Assembly: GCF_009914755.1 (NCBI RefSeq)
Contig: NC_060932.1
Reading direction: 5' to 3' (one strand)
DNA from: the human T2T-CHM13v2.0 reference genome, Homo sapiens
Length of the DNA: 64,000 nucleotides
Below are positions 54,991-64,000 of the stretch, piece by piece. The notes below the pieces were generated by a model. It saw nothing but the letters and a program-made list of their open reading frames with translations, searched no databases and was not told the DNA's origin. The position numbers were made by a program, and so were the translations under genes. Numbering within the stretch: position 1 is the stretch's first letter; each line of letters begins with the position of its first letter.

Positions 54991-55122
54991 AAAGTAGCTC
55001 AGGTATGTATATATGTTTTAGTCTCAACAAATGAAAAAAAATCAAATTGGATGTAATCATCCACCATATGTTTTCATTCAAACATTGGTTTTTGCAATGT
55101 AGAGATATCTTGATTTGTTATA

Positions 55123-55453
55123 CAGTCACTTAACAATGGGAATACATTCTGAGAAACACACTCTTAGGTTATTTAATCATGCAAACATCATATATTGTAC
55201 TGACACAAACCTAGATGGTAGAGCCTACTATACACCTAGGCTATATGGTATAGCCTATTGCTCCTAGGCTGTAAACCTGTAAAGCATGTTACTGTATTGA
55301 ATACAATTGTAACACAAGGGTAAGTATTTGTGTATCTAAACATATCAAAAAATAGAAAAGGCATAGGGAAAATATGGTATTATAATCTTATGGGACCACC
55401 ATCATATATGTGATTCATCATTGACCCAGACATCATTATGCGGTGCATGGCTG
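55123..55453 (-). mobile_element. Tigger3a/MER7-like DNA transposon relic
   Basis: TA|CAGTCA...TGGCTG|TA termini with TA TSD. Core 'cacctaggctatatggtatagcctattgctcctaggct'. Confidence 0.9.
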
Positions 55454-56574
55454 TATAAGAATTCTGATCAGATGGGTGCAATATAGGCTCTGATGGTGGA
55501 TCAGGATTATCCCAAATTTAAATAAACATCAAATAATCATTTGGATTTCCATACTCAGTACTATATTAACTGTGAAAAACAAAAGGACTTTAAATTCTTT
55601 AATTTTATAGTGTATATAAAGAAAAATCTGCTGGAATCTAAAGTCTAAAGTGGCAATATATATAAAACTTCAAAAAATATGAGATTCTATTCAGTCAATA
55701 CATCCAGAATGAAATGGTCCAAACCAACAGATATATGGTGCCAATACAACCTCGCATTGCAGTAATTTGAAATTTCTGTCTCAATTTTTAGCCATTTCCA
55801 TAGCTCCCTGTTAGAGCTACCTTTAAATGTAGGTAGAATAGACAGCTTTTTATATGGGGATATTTATCAAGACTTCCTTTCAAAATTCTCCCTTAGCCTC
55901 AACAGATCAAACATCCAACCATCAAGGCTAATTCCTTGTAGCTAAGACACTATGTGTCCCAGAATCCATTATTAAAATAAAAATACTTCCAGGAGGAGGT
56001 AACATAAATGAACCATGATGCAATTTTAACACTGCAACTTCATTTACCTGAGTCAAAAGCAAGATATGGGGCAATCAATTCTGATAATGTAGAAAAGAAA
56101 TGAGAGAGCTTTTAAGGAGACAGATATGGAGTACACAGTGCTACCATTAGCCAGATGGGCGTAGTGGGAATATCCTGAAAAGTACACAGTTAATGACAGC
56201 ACAGTGCTAGAGGAAAACTGAAAAGATGCTACAGACAAGCATAATGTGCTTGACTATTTAGGGTGGGGACTGGATCCTGCTGTTAAGATAGGTTTGAGAG
56301 GCTATTGATCATGGCACTTGATCATAACTTGACTCACACTGCTGATGGACTATTCTCTCTGACACCCTAGTGAAATACAGTAAACTCATCAAAGCAGGAG
56401 TGATGCTTTGTCCTTTTATAGACCTTGTGATACAATAAAGCTTTTTGAACCCAGTACTGAATATTGCCACCTGGTGAATTAAAACTTCACTTGAGAAGAA
56501 GTATCTGAGTTCTGGAGATGAAAAAAAAAAATCTACTTTTAAATTAGAGCTAGCACTTTTTTTTAGCATTACGA

Positions 56575-57240
56575 GTTGGTTGTTGACAATACCAAATGCT
56601 TTCAAGGATGTGGAGCAACTGGAGCTCACATACATTGCTGGTAGAGTCGAAATTGATATAACCAATCTGTAACTCTGTTTATCAGTGTGTTCTAAAGATA
56701 AACCTAGGCCTATGCTATGACCCAGTAAGTCAAGAACAGACATGTCCACCAGAAAGCACGAACAAGGATATTTAGAAATTTTATCCCTAATAGTCCAAAA
56801 CTGGATAAACTAAATTATCCATCAACAGTAGAATGGATAAATTATACTATATTCATACAATACTTCACAGCAACCAAATAGAACAAACTACTGCTACATG
56901 CAGCCATACAGATCAATCTCAGAGACACAATTAAAGAAGTCACACATAAAGGAAGATATACTCTATGATGCTATTTGTATGAAGTTCAAGAGCAGGCAAA
57001 AGTAATCCAAGATGTCTGATTAGATTAGAGGTCCAAATAGTGGCACGCTTTGGGGCAGGGGATGTTAAATGGAAGGGAGGGTAGATTGGGGGCCTATTTT
57101 TTTTTTTTGGTTCTAGAAGTGGTCTACATCTTGATTTGTGTGGTGATTAAACAGATATATTCATATGTAAAACTCTGCTGAACTGTATACTTAAGATTTT
57201 TGTACTTTATGTAAGTTATACCTCATTAGAAAGGTAAGAA
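56575..57240 (+). mobile_element. L1ME-type 3' region
   Basis: 'aggatgtggagcaactggagctcacatacattgctggtag', 'ccatcaacagtagaatggataaatt', 'gaagttcaagagcaggcaaaa'. Confidence 0.82.
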
Positions 57241-57623
57241 ACAAAAAGTGTTGGCTGTTTCCCAAGGCTTAATATTCGTTTTAATCATTTTAATTATGGG
57301 AAGCCAATTTTCTTTAAGCATATTTTTGCTGATGGCTATAATTTGAATGCTTGAACACTTGAAAGGATTATTTAACCAATCCAACAAAGAATTGTATTCT
57401 CCCCCTACAAAGGTACAGAAGCCATTCCAGCTGTCTCAATAGTACACTCCTCATTAACACCTAAAAGGAGCCATAACCTAATCCGGACACAAACAGAGAG
57501 CAAGAGGTAATGAGGACAGGGACAGAAAGGAGTGGTACCTCTGACTCCATGGCTGCAGGGTTTCCAAGGCATTCAGGACAGTGGCACACGCTGGGAGGGT
57601 TGTTCTAATTTAAGACATGTACA

Positions 57624-57960
57624 GGCCGGGTTTGGCGGCTCAAGCCTGTAATGCCAGCACTTTGGGAGGCCGAAGTGGGCAGATCACGAGGGTAGGAGTT
57701 CGAGACCAGCTCGGCCAACATGGTGAAACCCCATGTCTACTAAAAACACAAAAATTAGCCAAGTGTGGTGGCAGGTGCCTGTAATCCCAGCTACTTGGGA
57801 GGCTGAAGCACAAGAATCAAGCTGAGGCTTGAACCCAGGAGGCACAGGTTGCAGTGAGCCGAGATCACGCTATTGCATAGCAGCCAGCCTGGGCAATGGA
57901 GCAAGACTCCATCTCAAAAAACAAACAAACAAACAAAAACAACAAACAACAACAACAAAA
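57624..57960 (+). mobile_element. Alu (Sg-like)
   Basis: 'gcagatcacgagggtaggagttcgagacc'. (AAAC)n tail. TSD catgtaca/cgtaca. Confidence 0.94.
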
Positions 57961-57979
57961 CGTACAGAGATGCCTCTGA

Positions 57980-58253
57980 TTTATGTATTTATTTATTTTT
58001 GAGACAGGTTCTTGCTTTGTCACCCAGGCAGAAGTGCAGTGGCACAATCACTGCAGCCTCAACCTCCCAGGCTCAGGTGATCTCCCACCTCAGCCTCCCA
58101 AGTAACTGGAACCAAAGAAGTGTGTCACCACACCTAGCTATTTTTGTATTTTTTGTAAAGATGAGGTTTTGCTATGTTGCCCAGGCTGGTCTCAAACTCC
58201 TGGGCTCAAGCAATCTGCCTGCCACAACCTCCCAAAGCACTGGGATTACAGGT
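57980..58253 (-). mobile_element. AluJ-like, slightly 5'-truncated
   Basis: Antisense Alu. TSD ctctgattt. Confidence 0.92.
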
Positions 58254-60433
58254 CTCTGATTTTTGAAACTCCGTATCCGATATAACTAAGACACTCATCT
58301 GACAAACCTGCTATCCTACAGGAGCTAGTCCCTACCTAAACACCTATGATTCAGGGAGTCCTAGAATTCTAGAGTGGGGGGCACCTGAGAATTGTTACTG
58401 ACTTAAGCCTGGTGCCTATCTGGCCAAAGTCCAGAAAGCAATTAAGAGTAGCCCCCCACCAAAACAAAAACAAAAACAAAAAAAAAAAACAGAACCAGGG
58501 AAAGAGTCGCTGTCAGCTGCCACTCTTTCTCCCCAACTAATATGGCTAATACGGCATTTATACTAAAAAGGATCTACACATATTTTAAGTTAATGGCTAA
58601 AGCAGAAAGGGGTTTTTGAAAGTAACTCTGGATGAAAGTTACCAATATCTGAAAAAAATTATATTGGAAAGTCACAGAGAAAGGCATTAGTTTCAGCTTT
58701 CCCAGCCAAAGCCCACTGAAAAATGGCCTCAGCTATTTCAGCCACTGACTTTTCAGAGCTTTAAAGCAAACCTACAGTCCCTCAGCAAAATGGGAACAGA
58801 AACCTCTGCCCTCTTTGCTATCAGACAAGGGCTGCCTGGAAAGCTAATGTATGACATGCCTGAATTTCCTAAAAGAAGTTACTGTAAGTTTTCTGTAGGG
58901 CCTACAAAGATAAGATGGATTTATTTCCAATTATTTGGATTAAAACTGCCTGCCTCATTTTCATCAAATAAGTCATTACATTCTTTCTGAGGGGTTCCCA
59001 CATCAATGGAACTTGCCAATCATTTCCTATTTTCAATGGATAGAAAACATCAGCCACCTTCAAGTGTTTTTCTCATGTTGAGAACAGCAAAGTCTGCCAG
59101 TCAACCAGAAAAACATCGGCAACAACAACAAAAATATTTACATACTTCCCCTAAAATAATCATGTTTTCATATGCTTTTTAAACTTTTAGAGTTCCATCT
59201 CCTCAACCTGTAACACCAGAGCCACTTCTCCAGAAGATTTACATGTTTATCTACCTATCAAACTCTATCTCCCTAGATGAAAAGAATGAAAATGTTGAAA
59301 TTTGTGCCATTAATGTTCACCTTTCCTTGTCATTCTTCATGGATATTCAGTGAAACAACAGCAGTATTGGAGGCTTAACACTGATTCTAAGAGAAAACTT
59401 ACAGTAATTTTCAGAACAGGTTAACATGAGAAATCAAGAAAGCAAAAAGCAACAGGACTCAAGAGTCTGTTCAGATAAACTAGCCTTACCTATGGCCAAG
59501 GCTTACGTACCAATGAAGGGAAAGGCTTCCTTGGCCAGCAAATAAACCACTTTCTGGGTACATACTACTCACAAAGAAGTTTTAACTCAGCAACTACAAT
59601 AAATTATTCTAGTAGTTCAAACTAATTCTATCTACCCACCTGCAAATAAAATTACTATTTTTTCCTTTGGTTGGATAATGTTGCAAGGCACGATTCCCAT
59701 GCTAAAGGTGGAAATTGGATAGCAAACGCTAATGGCATTTCACAGCACTATTAAATGTTTACACATTTAATGTGTATTATCTGGGGTCACTGATAATTGA
59801 CAGTAAGATTTTTCATGAACATCCACAAAACACAAAAGAGACTATTTTTCACTCTGTTCCAGTGAAGATAAATAATCCGTAATGAGATATAATTGAGTAC
59901 TTTCTCCAGAAAATTGCTGCAGTCCCAAAAATCCTAAATATCGTATTTGAAAAGCAAGAAGGCAGTACGAGGGATTCAGAATCAAAATTATACTTGTTAC
60001 AACTGGTGGAAATGATACCAAATAACAAATACACAGGGGACAAAGGATGAAATGAACTGGAAGTGGGTTTTTCACCTCCTGCCAGCAGATCATTTAAAAG
60101 GATACACTCCCATGGCGGTAGCATTCGGAGGTTTTACTTTGATCTCAAGACATGAAAAAGATTAAGTCAGCTTGGTTCATCCTCTCCTCATCCAGCTGTA
60201 CCCTGCAAATTAGCCCTTACCCACTTCTTCATTCAAACATCAACTGACTGTCATAGCAACCAGAATGTTGAACAAGCACAACTGCTGGAAAGTGATCAAA
60301 CGAATCATCTTATTCTCCCTCTGGCCCTTTAAAAATCCAGCAGTGGGCGGGTGGCCTTCCTCGGCACTGGATGAAAACCTTGGCAGGTGCCAGGACCTTT
60401 CTGTTCACTCTTAGTTGACTAAGAGTCACTTAA

Positions 60434-60721
<288 letters not shown>

Positions 60722-60931
60722 TAATGATCAATACTGCAAACCTAAGAGTTCCATCTCTCCTTCCAGTGATAGGCTAGTTTCAGGAAGGGGATGTATAAGG
60801 CTTCTCTCTTTACAACTGCTAGCTCCCTCAAGGTGCTGGGGATAAAGCAGGTAGAAGAAAAGGAGTAAGAGTCCTTAAGAGGACTGGTTCCATCATAAGC
60901 TGGCAATCCATTCTTTGGGCCTGGCAGATAC

Positions 60932-61216
60932 TTATTTTAATTTTTAGAGAAAAAGTCTCTGTTACTCAGGCTTGATTGCAGTGATGCTATGACGGCTCAC
61001 TGCAGCCTTAAATTCCTGAGCTCAAGCAATCCTCCCGCCACAGCCTCCAGATAAGCTGGGAATACAAGTGCACCATGATGCCTGGCTGGTTTTGTAGAGA
61101 TGGCATCTTGCAATGCTATCCAGGTTGGTTGGTTTTAAACTCCTAGCCTTAAGACATTCTCCAGCCCTGGCCTCCCAAACTATTGGAATTACAGGCACAA
61201 GCCACTGCACCCAGCT
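60932..61216 (-). mobile_element. AluJ-like, diverged
   Basis: Antisense Alu. TSD tggcagat. Confidence 0.9.
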
Positions 61217-61740
61217 GGCAGATGTTTAAAGTTCATTCTTTCTTGTATGAGCTGCTCTACTGGGGACTTGGAGATTCTCAGTCCTGGAAACCATCTCTCC
61301 TGCAGGTCCTCCAGACCCAGCAAATGCAACCTAGTGCCAATGGTCTCTTGCAACAACTTCCACAGCCTCTTGGAATCTGCCATCCATTTCCAGCCTCTTG
61401 CTCATAGGGTTCCTCCATGCAGCCCAGTTTATCAGACAGAACCAAAAAGCTATGCTGCTCTTTCACAAGAGGCTCACCTATCATGCAGGAACAATAAATA
61501 CATAGCCTCATTTTGCACAACAAATGCTGGCAGAGCAGGTGGACAGTAACAGGGCAGCCACACATATGGTGTGGAACTGGCACTAAAGCCACAGCCAGCC
61601 CACCTCGTGCTGCCTGAGGTTCAGGAGTCCGACCCTGGCAGTGCCCTCCAGCCCTGTACACCATGGAACTGTGCTTCAAGGAGCCCTACTGCCATTCCAC
61701 AAGGTTTGGGATAAGATGGCAGACTGTCTAAAATCTCTTA

Positions 61741-62082
<342 letters not shown>

Positions 62083-62339
62083 TTAGAGCTGTGGGACTGG
62101 TTCTCAAAACTGCCTTGTCTGCCAACTCACACAGTTATTGAATTTGGATCTCTAGTGCAAAATGCAATTTTAAAATTCCATTACACCTCTCCTCTATAAC
62201 CAGGGTATCTGAAGAGGCTGAACATTGTGGTTTTATTTTTTCCAATAATTGCTACCACTAGCTGCACTCTGGTTGTCGCCTTTTCCTCCTGGGAAGTTAG
62301 CAACCTTAATTCTCAGTCCATCCCAGAACACTTAATTTT

Positions 62340-62932
62340 TTGGGTTATGAAAATAGTCCAGTATATACAGCACCACCTATTAAGTATTCTTGCCTAAAAA
62401 TAACTGAAGCTGAATCTAATCAAGTTTCTAAATCTACCTACTAGCTTGCAGGTAATACCAGAGATAGAGAAACACATTAAATAGACATCTTTTGGAAGTA
62501 ATCGTTAAGCAGGTAAAACTTTCAATAGGAAAAATAATCCTGCTCCTCCATCAAACAAACATCAGAAAAGCAAGTGTTAAAACAAAACAAAACAAAACCT
62601 TTGAAACAACTGTAATAATTTGAATATTCACTGGGTATTCTAGGATACTGAGAAATTTTGTTAGAAGTAGTAATAGTATAATGGCTTATCAAAAAATGTT
62701 TTCATCTGTTAGAAGTATAAACAAAAGTATTTACGTGTGAAAGAGCAGAACGGCTTGGATTTACTTTAAAATATTCCCCTGATTTTTTTCAAGAAACAAA
62801 ATAAAAGTTGCGGAGGCTTAGATGAAGTAAGATTGGAAAAATGTTAATCATCAATGAAGTTGAGTGATAGGTTCATGAGAGTTCATTGTACCATACTTTT
62901 CTATCTTTTGAGATATTTTAATAATAAAAAGA
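62340..62932 (+). mobile_element. L1MC4/L1ME4-like 3' end
   Basis: 'ttggatttactttaaaatattcc...gatgaagtaagattggaaaaatgttaatcat..gaagttgagtgataggttcatgagagttcattgtac'. Confidence 0.75.
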
Positions 62933-63195
62933 CTTCTTCTTTAAAAAAGGTACACATTTCAATCTTATGCCCAATTCTAAGTTCCCCTTCCTTTCTGCAG
63001 AGCAGGCCAAGCAGGTGGTCTAATGGCTCAGACAGGAAGAGGTAGGTGGGCCGAGAGACGGGAGTGGGTGCTGTCTGCTAGCCACACCCCATCCCTGTTC
63101 TCTGTGCAGGCTCCTCTGATGATAGAGCCCAGAGAGGCTGGAGAGGATGTTTCCCTCAGTAGTGAGCAGTCATTTCTTTGTTGCTATCCCTACAC

Positions 63196-63498
63196 TTTTT
63201 TTGTTGTCTTGTTTTCTTGAGACAGAGTCTTGCTCTATCGCCCAGGCTGGAGTGCAGTGGGGTAATCTCAGCTCAGTGCAACCTCCACCTCCCAGGTTCA
63301 TGAGATTCTCCTGCCTCAGCCTCCCCAATACCTGGGATTACAGGCACACCTTCACACCTGGCTAATTTTTGTATTTTTAGTAGAGACGGGGTTTCATTAT
63401 GTTGGCCAGGCTGGTCTCAAAGTCCTGACCTCAGATGATCCAGTCGCCTCAGCCTCTCAGAGTGCTAGGATTACAAGCTTGAGCCATTGCACCCGGCC
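63196..63498 (-). mobile_element. Alu (Sx-like)
   Basis: Antisense full dimer. TSD tatcccta/tattccta. Confidence 0.95.
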
Positions 63499-64000
63499 TA
63501 TTCCTAATCTTTCACATGAACCTGCTGCAGTGGTGATAAGATTGCTGTCACCTTCTCGGTGGTCATCACAGATGATATGGATGGAGACCCCCAACGAGTC
63601 TTGCTGGCAGGGACCTCAGTCCCCTCCTCTGGGCACTAATGATCTCTCATTAGATCTCACCACATTATCCAGCAGACCCCCGACAGGCAGCCCCATGCTA
63701 CCCTGCTGTGATATGACAGCCTTTCTAACCCACCTGCTGATTGCCCCATCAGTCTTACCTCTGCAGGCCAGAGCCAATACTTGGGCCCGCTTGTGAGTGG
63801 GGTCCTACTAGTGTATCTCTCAGAGATCATGAATTTGAGGAGGCTGACTTGTTTCCTGTGCAACTGGTTATACTGCCACACCTTACTGCTCTCCATTAGC
63901 ACTGGGGCAGGTCAGCAAGTGCAATCACTGGCCATCCAATAAGAAAACACACAGCTCGCTTACCCCCCTCTTAGACACCCCGCAAATTACATGAGCAACC

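Noticed and set aside
59885-60050. Protein-like plus-strand frame (IIEYFLQKIAAVPKILNIVFEKQ...)
   Set aside because: Only about 53 codons. All three frames are closed just after the nearby acceptor, and I recognise no homologue.

Overview
Primate (human-like) non-coding genomic DNA with many interspersed repeats. I count about 27 Alu elements or fragments (J, S and Y types, including one AluY nested in an older Alu and one tandem pair). There are eight solo LTRs, three with exact and several with near-exact target-site duplications (THE1 x2, LTR9-like, MER54/74-like, MER39-like, MER68-like, MER67-like, MLT1C-like). Also present are several old L1/HAL1, L2 and MIR fragments, two Tigger3a and one MER2 DNA-transposon relics, and microsatellites. 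I cannot support any protein-coding exon, RNA gene, CpG island or CRISPR array. The supplied ORFs are either repeat-derived or of chance length. Most LTRs and L1s lie on the + strand, which suggests (inference only) a long intron of a minus-strand gene that I cannot name. I found no convincing new biological system. The more interesting observations are small-scale: a templated 57-bp dispersed copy, several local duplications, a closely spaced inverted Alu pair, LTR-borne motifs (a perfect DR1, an OCT octamer, a CAAGGYCA cluster), a terminal LTR stub and a few candidate cryptic exons. Repeat family names come from my recollection of consensus sequences and need RepeatMasker/Dfam confirmation.
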